A stretch of DNA of 64,000 nucleotides from Anaeromyxobacter sp. GTDB taxonomy: Bacteria > Myxococcota > Myxococcia > Myxococcales > Anaeromyxobacteraceae. The stretch covers positions 480,001-544,000 of the forward strand of contig JASGJN010000017.1 of assembly GCA_049840735.1 (NCBI GenBank), in the 5' to 3' direction. Of the stretch, positions 42,488-51,727 are shown one piece after another; positions within the stretch are counted from its first letter, which is position 1, and the number at the start of each line of letters is the position of its first letter. The position numbers and the translations under genes are program-made. The notes beneath the pieces are model-generated. The model was given only the letters and a program-made list of their open reading frames with translations, ran no database searches and was not told the origin of the DNA.

Positions 42488-43872
42488 GCCACCTCGACGC
42501 CGGCGACGGGGGCCACCGCCGCGGGGCGGAGCGCCTGCTCCGCGACGACCCGGGCCACCGCCGCCGGCCGCTGGCCAGGCACCGGCACGCCCAGGCGCGC
42601 CACCTCCTCCTCCAGCGCCGTCACCAGCACGCCGGGCTCCTCCAGCGCCGCCACGTCGGCGCGGACGCCGATCCGCACCTCGCCGGCGTAGGACAGGATG
42701 CTCACGCCCAGGCCCAGCGTGGCCGGGTGCGGGACCCAGAACATCATCCGGTCCAGCGCCTCGCCGGCCAGCTTGAGCGGCACCGGCGGGCCGGCCACGT
42801 TGGTCACCACCAGCGAGGCCTTGCGGGAGAAGAACGAGGTGCCGAGCCGCTCCAGCGCGGAGGGGAGCAGGCCGAAGGCCCCCAGCAGCGTCAGGGCCAC
42901 CAGCGCGTCCGGCCCGTGCTTGATGGCCTCGAAGCGGGCGTGGATGGCCGCCAGCCGGCCCGCCGCGGTGGGGAGCCGGACCGGCAGGTCGATGAAGACC
43001 AGGCCGAAGGCGTTGCCCAGCCCCGCGCCGGCCGGGCCGGAGCGCGTGTTGACCGGCACCAGCGCGCGGGGCTCGAGCACGTCCACCGGATCGCCGGCCC
43101 GGTCCAGCACCGCACGCAACGCGCCGGCCAGCGCCGCCAGCAGCAGCTCGTTGACGCTGGCGCCGCCGCGGTGGGCCGCGTCGCGCACCGCCGGCAGCGG
43201 CAGGCCGCGGGTCCAGGCCACGCGGCGGGTGCCGGAGAGCGGCCGGTTGAGAACGCTCTCGCGGTCGAACGGGAGCGTGGCCATCCGGGCCAGCGAGGTG
43301 GCGAAGGCGCCGGCGTCGCGCGCCAGCCGGATCGCCGCGGCCGGCTCGGTGACCGCCTTGACCAGCCCCGTCCAGCCGTCGTGCGTGAAGGCCAGGTCGC
43401 GGAAGGCCAGCGGCGCCGGCGCCAGCTCCGCCACCGGCTCATCCGCCAGCGACCGGAGCAGCGCCACCAGCGCCTGGCCGTCGCCCATGCAGTGGTGCAG
43501 CTTCACCGCCAGCGCGGCGCCCGCGCCGGTGTCCACCAGCCGCATGCGCCAGGGCGGCCGGCCCGGCTCGAGCGGCGTGGTGGCCAGGCCGGAGAGCAGG
43601 TCGCGCAGCGCCTCGTCCCCTTCGACGCTCGCCTGGTCCAGGTGGCGGTCGAGCGAGAAGGACGGATCCGGCTCCCAGGCCGGGCCGGCGGCGGACTCGT
43701 GGATGCGCTGGCGGAACCGCTCGTTGGCCAGCAGCCGGTCCTCGACCAGCCCGCGGACGCGGTCGTACGGGACTCCGCGGCCGAACCCGAGCAGCGAGAC
43801 GATGTCGGCGGTGTTGCGCGGCCAATCCATGTGCAGCCAGGCCGCGTCCACCCTGCGCATGGGTTCGGGCAT
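42178..43872 (-). CDS. wax ester synthase/diacylglycerol acyltransferase (WS/DGAT)
   Basis: RVDAAWLHMD, PLEPGRPPW, KLHHCMGDG (HHxxxDG), VPVNTR, LGNAF, VTNVAGP, LGVSILSYAG; 3' end uncertain. Confidence 0.9.
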   Translation of the reverse strand: MPEPMRRVDAAWLHMDWPRNTADIVSLLGFGRGVPYDRVRGLVEDRLLANERFRQRIHESAAGPAWEPDPSFSLDRHLDQASVEGDEALRDLLSGLATTPLEPGRPPWRMRLVDTGAGAALAVKLHHCMGDGQALVALLRSLADEPVAELAPAPLAFRDLAFTHDGWTGLVKAVTEPAAAIRLARDAGAFATSLARMATLPFDRESVLNRPLSGTRRVAWTRGLPLPAVRDAAHRGGASVNELLLAALAGALRAVLDRAGDPVDVLEPRALVPVNTRSGPAGAGLGNAFGLVFIDLPVRLPTAAGRLAAIHARFEAIKHGPDALVALTLLGAFGLLPSALERLGTSFFSRKASLVVTNVAGPPVPLKLAGEALDRMMFWVPHPATLGLGVSILSYAGEVRIGVRADVAALEEPGVLVTALEEEVARLGVPVPGQRPAAVARVVAEQALRPAAVAPVAGVEVAQPAAALSAAAAAGGPPAERPARKGRAAARATAPAEERKGSTAAPTRRSGRSGSKSSQGARRSSGPGAPRASRTTAADQPLSPRGTRARGASDGRMKPNPRRS

Positions 43873-43979
43873 GTGGTTCCCCCTGCTGAGGCCGCTCCCT
43901 TTGTACGCCCGGAGTGTTCATGGCCCGCGTGATAACGCGGGGCCGCCCCGATAGGCCGGTGGGCCCAGGGCGTGGGCCC

Positions 43980-44014
43980 CAGGCCTCAGGCGTCAGGCCT
44001 CAGGTGCCAGGCGC
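43980..44014 (+). repeat. short heptamer tandem repeat
   Basis: CAGGCCT CAGGCGT CAGGCCT CAGGTGC CAGGCGC; similar units near 58920-58945. Confidence 0.55.
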
Positions 44015-44096
44015 AGCGTGCTGAGGCGCTGTCGCGACAAACGCCCGGGCGGGAGTGGAGGGAACGGCGGCGTGGGCGGAACGGCGGGGAGCCACG

Positions 44097-44144
44097 GGGG
44101 TGGGGGCCCCGGCACGTGGCCGGCGGAGGGGACGCAGTCCCCTC
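44097..44144 (+). repeat. copy of the intergenic mini-hairpin repeat
   Basis: GGGGTGGGGGCCCCG..GCCGGCGG, then GAGGGGAC-GCA-GTCCCCTC abutting the fliJ stop codon. Confidence 0.65.
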
Positions 44145-44563
44145 TACCTACTGTTGAAACGGAGCGTCGCCAGCTCGTCGAGCGCCTTGCGCTCGCGCTT
44201 CTCGCGGTCGCTGACGATCTCCGCGCGCTTCTTCTCCTGGGCGCGCCGGGCCACCTCGGCCTGGCGGTGGGCGGCGGTGTAGCCGGCCCGGGCCGTGGCC
44301 TCGTGCGTCTCCGCCTGCGCCAGCTGCTCGCGGGCCCGCGCCACCTGCTGCAGGGCGCGGACGTGGGCGTGCTCCTCCAGCAGCCACAGCTCGGCCGCGC
44401 CCGGCGCCCGGGCGTCCACGCGGGCGCTCTGCTGCGCCCCGGCCAGCCGCTGGGCGGCGTGGTCGCGCCCGGTCTGCGCGCGGGCCAGCGTCTCGAGCGC
44501 GCTCTCCTCGGTGCGCTCGCGGACGGTCACCAGTCGATCGAGGCGGGTCTTGGGGGGCGCCAT
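44144..44563 (-). CDS. fliJ: flagellar export protein FliJ
   Basis: 139-aa coiled coil RLDRLVTVRERTEE..REKRERKALDELATLRF; no other fliJ follows fliI. Confidence 0.8.
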   Translation of the reverse strand: MAPPKTRLDRLVTVRERTEESALETLARAQTGRDHAAQRLAGAQQSARVDARAPGAAELWLLEEHAHVRALQQVARAREQLAQAETHEATARAGYTAAHRQAEVARRAQEKKRAEIVSDREKRERKALDELATLRFNSR

Positions 44564-44686
44564 GTCCTCTTCCTCTTCGGCACGCCGGGCCGGCACGCCT
44601 GAGCACTTACACGCGCCGTGCCGGCGGACCCGGGGGCCCGGCCATTCCTGCCCACCGCGCCGCGCGGCCTGCGCGCAGTGAGCCGT

Positions 44687-44735
44687 TGCACGGCCCGCGC
44701 CGCGTCGGCCGATTGACGGTGGCATGCCCCCTGCT
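44687..44735. promoter_or_regulatory. divergent sigma54 promoters (fliJ and flgF) flanking a GTC-N8-GAC box
   Basis: Minus CGGCGCGGGCCGTGCA (44687-44702); GTCGGCCGATTGAC (44704-44717); plus TGGCATGCCCCCTGCT (44720-44735). Confidence 0.65.
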
Positions 44736-44759
44736 CTTAGGCCGCCCGGAGACAGATCC

Positions 44760-45476
44760 ATGGCAGACGGCATCTACGTGAGCATGTGCGGCGCGGTGGC
44801 GAGGGCGGAGCAGCTCGACGCCATCGCCGACAACCTCGCCAACGCCCAGACCCCCGGCTTCAAGGCCGCGCGGCCGGCGTTCGAGAGCTTCATGGGCAAG
44901 GGGCTGGAAGCCGCGCAGGACAAGCATTATCCGGCCGCCGTGGCCACCGGCTTCGACCTCCGCCCCGGCCCCACCTCGCAGACCGGGAACCCGCTCGACG
45001 TGATCCCCGGCGACGGCCTCTTCCTGACGGTGCGGACCGCCGGTGGGGCGACCGCCTACACGCGCGACGGCCGCCTGACGCTCGACGCCGACGGCCGCCT
45101 GACCACCGGCGGCCGGCCGGTCCTGGACCGGACCGGGCAGCCCATCGTCGTCCCCCCCGATCAGCCCATCCGGATCGACTCCACCGGCAAGGTGCTGGCC
45201 GGGGAGGAAGAGGTCGCGGAGCTGGGTCTGGCGGGTCTCGCGGGTCCGGTGGACCGGGTCGGCCCTGCCCTGCTGGCCCCGGGCACCGGCGGCCGCGTCC
45301 TGCCCTGCACGCAGGGCTCGGTGCGCATCGGCGAGATCGAGCTGGGCAACGCCTCGGCGCTCGAGGCCACCGTCCAGATGGTCACCGCGCAGCGCAACTA
45401 CGACGCCTCGATGACGGCGATCCAGACGTACCAGAAGCTCGACCAGCGCGCCGTCGAGGTGGCGCGGGTCCGCTAG
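44760..45476 (+). CDS. flgF: basal-body rod protein FlgF
   Basis: GIYVSMCG..IADNLANAQTPGFK..TGNPLDV..YTRDG..QRNYD. Confidence 0.9.
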   Translation: MADGIYVSMCGAVARAEQLDAIADNLANAQTPGFKAARPAFESFMGKGLEAAQDKHYPAAVATGFDLRPGPTSQTGNPLDVIPGDGLFLTVRTAGGATAYTRDGRLTLDADGRLTTGGRPVLDRTGQPIVVPPDQPIRIDSTGKVLAGEEEVAELGLAGLAGPVDRVGPALLAPGTGGRVLPCTQGSVRIGEIELGNASALEATVQMVTAQRNYDASMTAIQTYQKLDQRAVEVARVR

Positions 45477-45493
45477 CCAGGAAGGAACGACCG

Positions 45494-46279
45494 ATGCTCC
45501 GCTCGCTCTACACCGCCGCCACCGGGATGGAAGCCCAGCAGCTCCGGATGGACGTCATCGCCAACAACCTCTCCAACACCAGCACCACCGGCTTCAAGAA
45601 GGTGCGGGCCGAGTTCGAGGATCTCCTGAGCGAGACGCTCAAGGGGGCCGAGGCGCCGGACCCGCGCGGCGGGACCAGCCCCACGCCGCTGCAGGTGGGC
45701 CTGGGCGTTCGCAACGGCGCCACCACCCGGAACTTCGGGCAGGGCGACATGGTCACCACCAACAACCCGCTCGACGTCGCCATCGAGGGCCAGGGCTTCC
45801 TGCGCGTCACCCGCCCCGGGGGCGAGCCGGCCTACACCCGCGCCGGCAACCTGCGCGTGGACGAGAACGGGCGGCTGGTGACGGTGCGCGGCGACCTGCT
45901 CGATCCCGAGATCACCTTCCCCCCCGACACCATGCAGGTGAGCATCCGCGCCGACGGCACCGTCCTGGCCAAGGTGGCCAGCGAGGAGGAGCCGCGCGAG
46001 GTGGGCCAGCTCGAGCTGGCCACGTTTACCAACCCGGCCGGCCTCGAGGCCATCGGCGGCAACCTGCTGGTGCAGACCGCCGCCAGCGGCGAGGCCCAGC
46101 TGCTGAGGCCCGGCGAGCAGGGCGCGGGCACGCTCGCCCAGGGGATGCTCGAGGGCTCCAACGTGAAGGCGGTGGAGGAGATGATCGACATGATCTCCAC
46201 CCAGCGCGCCTACGAGCTCAACTCGCGCGTCATCACCACCGCCGACCAGATGCTGCAGAAGCTCACCCAGCTCCGCTAG
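45494..46279 (+). CDS. flgG: distal rod protein FlgG
   Basis: MLRSLYTAATGMEAQQ..IANNLSN..LQVGLG..LEGSNV..QRAYELNSRVITTADQML. Confidence 0.97.
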   Translation: MLRSLYTAATGMEAQQLRMDVIANNLSNTSTTGFKKVRAEFEDLLSETLKGAEAPDPRGGTSPTPLQVGLGVRNGATTRNFGQGDMVTTNNPLDVAIEGQGFLRVTRPGGEPAYTRAGNLRVDENGRLVTVRGDLLDPEITFPPDTMQVSIRADGTVLAKVASEEEPREVGQLELATFTNPAGLEAIGGNLLVQTAASGEAQLLRPGEQGAGTLAQGMLEGSNVKAVEEMIDMISTQRAYELNSRVITTADQMLQKLTQLR

Positions 46280-46284
46280 CCACC

Positions 46285-46926
46285 ATGTCCGCCCTGCTCG
46301 CCCTCACCCTCGCCGCCGCCGCCCCGGGCCTCGCGCCCGCGGACGGCCCCGACGCCGCCCTGGCCGGGCAGGCCGTGGCCGCGGCGCTGGCCGTGGACGG
46401 GCGGGCCGAGCTGCTGGGGGTGCGCCGCACCAGCGGCGGCCGCTGCGAGGCCCGCCGCGCCGAGGCGCTCCGCCCGGTGGCGGCCTCCGGCGAGATCACG
46501 CTGCGCCTCTCCGGCGCCGACGCGGCCGGCCAGCCCTGCGAGGCCTTCGCCTGGGCCCGGGTCCGCGTGCTGGCGCCGGCGCTGGTCCTCTCCCGCGACC
46601 TGCCCGCCGGCGAGCCGCTGGACGGCGCGGTGGCGCCGGGCGAGGCCGAGGTGCTCCCGGCGCGCGCCCCGCTGGCCACGCTCCAGGACGGCGCCCGCGC
46701 CTCGCACGCGCTGGCCGCCGGCGCCGTGCTCCGGGCCGGCGACGTCCGCCTGGGCCCGGCGCCCGGGGAGCCCATCGCGGTGCGCGTGGTCTCGGGCGAG
46801 ATCCAGCTCACCACCACCGGCCGCGCCGTGGCCTGTCCCCGCGGCCGCGCCTGCGCCCTCCTGCCCAGCGGCCGCCGCGTCGAGGGCCGGCTCGCGGGCG
46901 ACACCCTGATCGTGGAGGCTCCATGA
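46285..46926 (+). CDS. flgA: P-ring assembly chaperone FlgA
   Basis: Signal peptide, SAF-like LVLSRDLPAGEPL; between flgG and flgH. Confidence 0.75.
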   Translation: MSALLALTLAAAAPGLAPADGPDAALAGQAVAAALAVDGRAELLGVRRTSGGRCEARRAEALRPVAASGEITLRLSGADAAGQPCEAFAWARVRVLAPALVLSRDLPAGEPLDGAVAPGEAEVLPARAPLATLQDGARASHALAAGAVLRAGDVRLGPAPGEPIAVRVVSGEIQLTTTGRAVACPRGRACALLPSGRRVEGRLAGDTLIVEAP

Positions 46927-47609
46927 GCGCCGCGCGCCCCCTGCCGCTCGCCGCGGCCGCCCTGCTCCTCTCCGCCTGCGCCTCGACCGTGCCGCACGTG
47001 GGCGAGTACAAGCCGCGCCAGCGCCAGTACGAGGTCCCGGCCGCCGCGGCCGCCGGGAACGAGTCGGCCGCGCCCGGCTCGCTCTGGCGCGACGGCGCCC
47101 CGCAGTCGCTGCTCTTCACCGACGCCCGCGCCTTCCGCGAGAACGACCTGGTGGTCATCAAGGTGGAGGAGATTGCCGACGCCAAGCGCTCCTCCGACAC
47201 CGACCTCTCCCGCCAGCAGGGCGCCGCCGGGACCATCAACTTCAGCATGGACGGCAAGCCGGCCATCCCGGTCATCGACGGCAAGGCCACCACCGACACC
47301 ACGTTCAGGGGGCTGGGCTCGACGGGCCGCACCGAGCGGCTCATCGCCACCGTGCCGGCCGTGGTCCGCAAGGTGCTGCCCAACGGCAACCTGTTCGTCG
47401 AGGGGCACCGCGTGGTGCTGGTGAACAACGAGGAGCAGCACTTCTACATCTCCGGCGTGGTCCGCCCCATCGACATCGACGGCCAGAACTCCATCCGCTC
47501 CAGCATGGTGGCGGACGCCGAGATTGAGTTCACCGGCCGCGGCATCCTCTCGGACAACCAGAAGAAGGGCTGGGCCTCCCGCTACCTGGGCTGGCTCTGG
47601 CCGTTCTGA
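46923..47609 (+). CDS. flgH: L-ring lipoprotein FlgH
   Basis: Lipobox LSAC, GSLW, LFTDARA, VLPNGNL, SGVVRP.DI..N.I.S..VADA. Confidence 0.95.
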   Translation: MSAARPLPLAAAALLLSACASTVPHVGEYKPRQRQYEVPAAAAAGNESAAPGSLWRDGAPQSLLFTDARAFRENDLVVIKVEEIADAKRSSDTDLSRQQGAAGTINFSMDGKPAIPVIDGKATTDTTFRGLGSTGRTERLIATVPAVVRKVLPNGNLFVEGHRVVLVNNEEQHFYISGVVRPIDIDGQNSIRSSMVADAEIEFTGRGILSDNQKKGWASRYLGWLWPF

Positions 47610-47617
47610 GGCGCGCC

Positions 47618-48724
47618 ATGACCCGCTCCCCCTTCACCGCCCTGCTGGCCGCCCTGGCGCTCGCCGCGCCCGCGCCGGCGCGCGCCGCCCGCGTCAAGGA
47701 GCTGGCCGACGTGGTGGGCGTGCGCGAGAACGCGCTGGTCGGCTACGGCCTGGTGGTCGGCCTGGCCGGCACCGGCGACACGCAGCGCGTGCTCTTCACC
47801 CAGCAGTCCATCGCCAGCCTGCTGGGTCGCCTCGGCATCCGGGTGGACCCCAACGACGTCCGCTCGCGCAACGTGGCCGCGGTGATGGTCACGGCCAAGC
47901 TGCCCCCCTTCGCCCGCCCCGGCACCAAGATCGACGTGGCGGTGGCCTCCATGGGCAACGCCCGGTCGCTGGCCGGCGGCGTGCTGCTGGTCACCCCGCT
48001 CACCGGCGGCGACGGCCGCGTCTACGCCGTCAGCCAGGGGCCGGTCCAGGTGGCCGGCTTCGACGCGGGCACGTTCAACGCGCGGACCACCAAGAACACC
48101 CCCACCTCCGGCCGCATCGCCGGCGGCGCGGTGGTGGAGCGGGGCGTGGAGCTGGACCTGGGCGCCACCCCGCTCACGCTGGCGCTGCGCTCGCCCGACC
48201 TGACCACGGCCAGCCGCATCGCCTCCGCCGTGAACGCCAAGCTGGGCGCCGGCACCGCCAAGGCGGTGGACCCGGCCGCCGTGACGCTCACCACCCCCGA
48301 GGCCCGCAAGGCCGACCTGGTCGGCTTCCTGGCCGAGGTGGAGGTGCTGGAGGTCCAGGCCGACCAGCGCGCCCGCGTGGTGGTCTCCGAGCGCACCGGC
48401 ACGCTGGTGGCCGGCGAGGGCGTGCGGCTCCGCCCGGTGGTGGTGGCGCACGGCGGGCTCGAGGTGCGCATCCAGCGCGACCCGGTCATCTCGCAGCCGG
48501 CGCCGTTCAGCTACAACGGCCGGACGGTCCGGGCCTCGCAGGACACCACCGAGACCACCGAGGTCTACGGCGCCGGCGCGGTGGCGCTGCCCGCCACCTC
48601 CACGGTCGAGGACCTGGCCAAGGCGCTCAACCTGCTGGGCGTCAGCCCGCGCGACCTGGTGGCGGTGCTGGAGGCCATCAAGGCGGCCGGCGCGCTCGAC
48701 GCCGAGCTCGAGGTGCTGGAGTGA
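47618..48724 (+). CDS. flgI: P-ring protein FlgI
   Basis: GVRENALVGYGLVVGLAGTGD, NVAAVMVTA.LPPF, ARVVVSERTGT, AIKAAGALDAEL. Confidence 0.97.
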   Translation: MTRSPFTALLAALALAAPAPARAARVKELADVVGVRENALVGYGLVVGLAGTGDTQRVLFTQQSIASLLGRLGIRVDPNDVRSRNVAAVMVTAKLPPFARPGTKIDVAVASMGNARSLAGGVLLVTPLTGGDGRVYAVSQGPVQVAGFDAGTFNARTTKNTPTSGRIAGGAVVERGVELDLGATPLTLALRSPDLTTASRIASAVNAKLGAGTAKAVDPAAVTLTTPEARKADLVGFLAEVEVLEVQADQRARVVVSERTGTLVAGEGVRLRPVVVAHGGLEVRIQRDPVISQPAPFSYNGRTVRASQDTTETTEVYGAGAVALPATSTVEDLAKALNLLGVSPRDLVAVLEAIKAAGALDAELEVLE

Positions 48725-49494
48725 GGCTGGACCGCGCCAGCGCGGGGCCCTCCCCCTCCGCCGACGGCGCGGCCGACCCGCGGCTGCGCCAGGCCGCCCG
48801 CGACCTGGAGGGGCTGCTGCTCAAGCAGGTCCTCAAGTCCAGCGGAGCGTTCACCGGTGGTGATAGCCCCGGCAGCGCCGTCCGCGCCGACCTGTTCGTG
48901 GACACGCTGGCCGAGGCGGTGGAGGACGCCGGCGGGCTGGGCCTCGCCGACGGGCTGGTGCGCTCGTTCACCGGCCAGGCCGGTCCTGCGCCCTCCCCTT
49001 CGACCCACCCGGCCCTGGCCGTCACCCCCCGCCGCCCGGCCTCGATGCCGCCCGCAGGGGACTCCACCCTGGCGGCCCTGCTGCCCGTGGCCGGACGGGT
49101 GACCAGCCCGTTCGGCGGGCGCACCGATCCCTTCACCGGCGCACACGCGGACCACCACGGCGTGGACGTGGGGGCGCCGGAGGGCACGCCCATCGTCGCC
49201 ACCGCCGCCGGCGTGGTCCGGACCGCCGGCGAGCGCGGCGGCTACGGCAACGCGGTGGAGATCGACCACGGCAACGGGGTCACCACGCTGTACGGCCATG
49301 CGGCGCAACTGCTCGTCTCCCCTGGAGAAAGGGTCGAGGCGGGGCAGGAGATCGCCACCGTGGGCTCGACCGGTCGCTCGACCGGCCCCCACGTCCACTT
49401 CGAGGTTCGTGAGGGAGGTCGGCCGGTGGATCCGGCCCGAGTCCTTAAGGCTTACGTGCGGCGTGCCGAAGACGTCACCAGGAGCGGACCCTGA
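48721..49494 (+). CDS. flgJ: FlgJ rod-binding domain fused to an M23 peptidoglycan endopeptidase
   Basis: LRQAARDLEGLLLKQVLKS..LAEAV..GGLGLAD (rod-binding); HHGVD, GYGN, YGH, STGPHVHFE (M23 zinc motifs). Confidence 0.85.
   Translation: MRLDRASAGPSPSADGAADPRLRQAARDLEGLLLKQVLKSSGAFTGGDSPGSAVRADLFVDTLAEAVEDAGGLGLADGLVRSFTGQAGPAPSPSTHPALAVTPRRPASMPPAGDSTLAALLPVAGRVTSPFGGRTDPFTGAHADHHGVDVGAPEGTPIVATAAGVVRTAGERGGYGNAVEIDHGNGVTTLYGHAAQLLVSPGERVEAGQEIATVGSTGRSTGPHVHFEVREGGRPVDPARVLKAYVRRAEDVTRSGP
49444..49472 (+). promoter_or_regulatory. sigma28 promoter for flgM
   Basis: CTTAAG-N15-GCCGAAGA within the 3' end of flgJ. Confidence 0.75.
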
Positions 49495-49508
49495 CCAAGG
49501 AGGACAAC

Positions 49509-49819
49509 ATGAAGGTCAAGGACGCCAGTGAGGTTCGCCGCCTGGACGCGAACAAGCCGACCGAGTCGAAGAAGACCCGGGAAGGCAGCGCCCCCAGCAC
49601 GACGGACAAGGTGTCGACCGACTCCAAGGCGCAGCTCGACGCCGCCACTTCGGCGGCGCGGACGGCGCTCGGCAGCAGCAGGAACGTGAGGCTGGAGGCC
49701 ATCGAGGCCGCCGTTCGCCAGGGCACCTTCAAGCCCGATCCCCAGCGGATCGCGCAGAGATCCTCGACGACGCGGAGCTGTCCGCGATGCTCCAGGCCAT
49801 GCTCAAGCAGGACGGGTAA
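49509..49819 (+). CDS. flgM: anti-sigma28 factor FlgM; frameshift near 49757
   Basis: TDKVS..RLEAIEAAVRQGTFKPDPQRIA; shifted frame ILDDAELSAMLQAMLKQDG*. Confidence 0.85.
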
Positions 49820-49834
49820 CCGGGGAACGGACCG

Positions 49835-50308
49835 ATGCTCGAGGAAGCCCTCGCCACCACCATCGCGCTCAGGAGCGTGCTCGAGTCCGAGGTGGAGCGG
49901 GCGCGGGCGGAGCGCGAGGTGCTGCGCACCCTCGACTCGGACCGGCTCTTCGCCGGCGCCGCCGCCCGGGCAGGCTTCAACGCCCGGGTCGCGGAGCTGG
50001 AAGGACGGCTCGCCGCCGATCTCGGGCGGGCCGCCGGTACGCTCGGCCTCACCGAGGTGACGCTGGCCCGCCTGGCCGAGCGCGCACCCGCCCAGACCGC
50101 GGCCCTGTCCCGCGCGCTGGCGGACGTCCGCGCGCTCGCAGCGGCCCTGGCGGAGCTGGACCGGCTGAACCTGCTGCTCGCCGGCCGCGCCCTCGCCTGC
50201 GTCCAGTCCTACCTCACCGCCCTCCAGCCGCCGCCCACCGCCTACGACAGGCGGGGCGCGCGCGCCAGCACCGCGCCCTCGCGCGGAACGCACTGGAGCA
50301 AGGTGTAG
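49835..50308 (+). CDS. flgN: flagellar export chaperone FlgN
   Basis: Helical protein between flgM and flgK; LDRLNLLL..AYDRRG. Confidence 0.8.
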   Translation: MLEEALATTIALRSVLESEVERARAEREVLRTLDSDRLFAGAAARAGFNARVAELEGRLAADLGRAAGTLGLTEVTLARLAERAPAQTAALSRALADVRALAAALAELDRLNLLLAGRALACVQSYLTALQPPPTAYDRRGARASTAPSRGTHWSKV

Positions 50309-50327
50309 CGTAGGAGGACTTTGCGTC

Positions 50328-51717
50328 ATGACAGATTTGCTGCGGATCCTCTCGTCGAGCGCGTCGAGCCTCTCGGCGCAGACGGCGGCGACCGCCACCG
50401 CTTCCCACAACCTCCAGAACGCCAACACCCCCGGGTACGCGCGGCAGCGCGCCAACCTCCAGGCGGTCCTGCCCGCCGAGCTGCTGGGCGGCGCCTACAT
50501 CGGCCGCGGCGCCCTGCTGGGCACGGTTCTCGCAGGCGCGGGACCGGTTCCTGGAGGCGCAGATCCCGGCCGCCTGGGGCCAGGCCACCCGCTCCAGCAC
50601 CGGCGCCTCGGTGCTCCAGTCGGTGCACACGCTCGACCCGGAGGTCTCCGGCGGCCTGGGCGACGCCCTCTCCAGCTTCTACGCCTCGCTGCGCCAGCTC
50701 TCGCAGAACGCCTCCGACCCCAGCCTGCGGCAGGCCGCGGTGGGCTCGGCGCGCAGCCTGGCCATGGCCTTCAACCGCACGCGGCAGGAGCTGGAGGACG
50801 CCCGCAGCGGCACCGACGCCCGCATCGCGGCGGACGTCAGCGAGGTCAACGATCTGGCCAGGAGCGTCGCCTCGCTCAACGCGCAGGTGCGGGCCGGCCG
50901 CGCCAGCGGCGCCGAGCCCAACGACCTGCTCGACGCCCGGCAGAAGGCGGTGGACCGGCTGGCCGAGCTGACCGGCGCCACGCCCGTCACCACCAGCGAG
51001 GGCGACCAGTCGGTCTTCCTGGCCGGCGGCGCGGCGCTGGTGACCGGCGTCCACGCCTCGACGCTGACCGCCACCGCCGACATCACCAACGGCGGGCACC
51101 TGGCGCTGGCGGTGGTGAACGGCACCGTCACCCAGGCCGTCTCGCCCGGCGGCGACATCGGCGGGCTGCTCGACGCCCGCGACGGCGCCCTCCGGGACGC
51201 GGTGACCTCGGTGGACCAGCTGGCCTGGGACCTGGCCGGCGCGCTCAACGCCGTGCACCAGGGCGGCCAGGGGCTGGACGGCTCCACCGGCAACGCCCTG
51301 TTCGACCGCGGCGCGGCCGTGGCCGGCGCGGCCGGCCGGCTGGTGGTCTCGGCCGCGGTGCTGGCCGACTCGCGCGCGCTGGCCACCGCCGCGGTGGGCG
51401 GCGGAAGCGGCGACGCACGCAACGCCCTGCTGCTGGTGGGGACCGAGGCCACCGCCCTGACCGGCGGCCTCGACGCCGGCGCCTCCCTCTCGCAGCTCAC
51501 CGCCGCCTTCGGCTCCGCCACCCGCACCCTGCAGGCCTCCGCCGACGCGGACGCGTCGATGAAGGAGAACCTCCAGGCCATGCGCGAGTCCACCTCGGGC
51601 GTGTCCATCGACGAGGAGCTGATCGAGATGCAGAAGGCGCAGCGCGCCTACCAGGCGATCAGCAAGGTGATCCAGACGTCGAGCGACATGTTCGACACCC
51701 TCCTCCAGCTCAAGTAG
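50328..51717 (+). CDS. flgK: hook-associated protein FlgK; frameshift near 50535
   Basis: SHNLQNANTPGYARQ; NDLLDAR; SGVSIDEELIEMQKAQRAYQA. Confidence 0.95.
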
Positions 51718-51727
51718 CGAGGCGACC

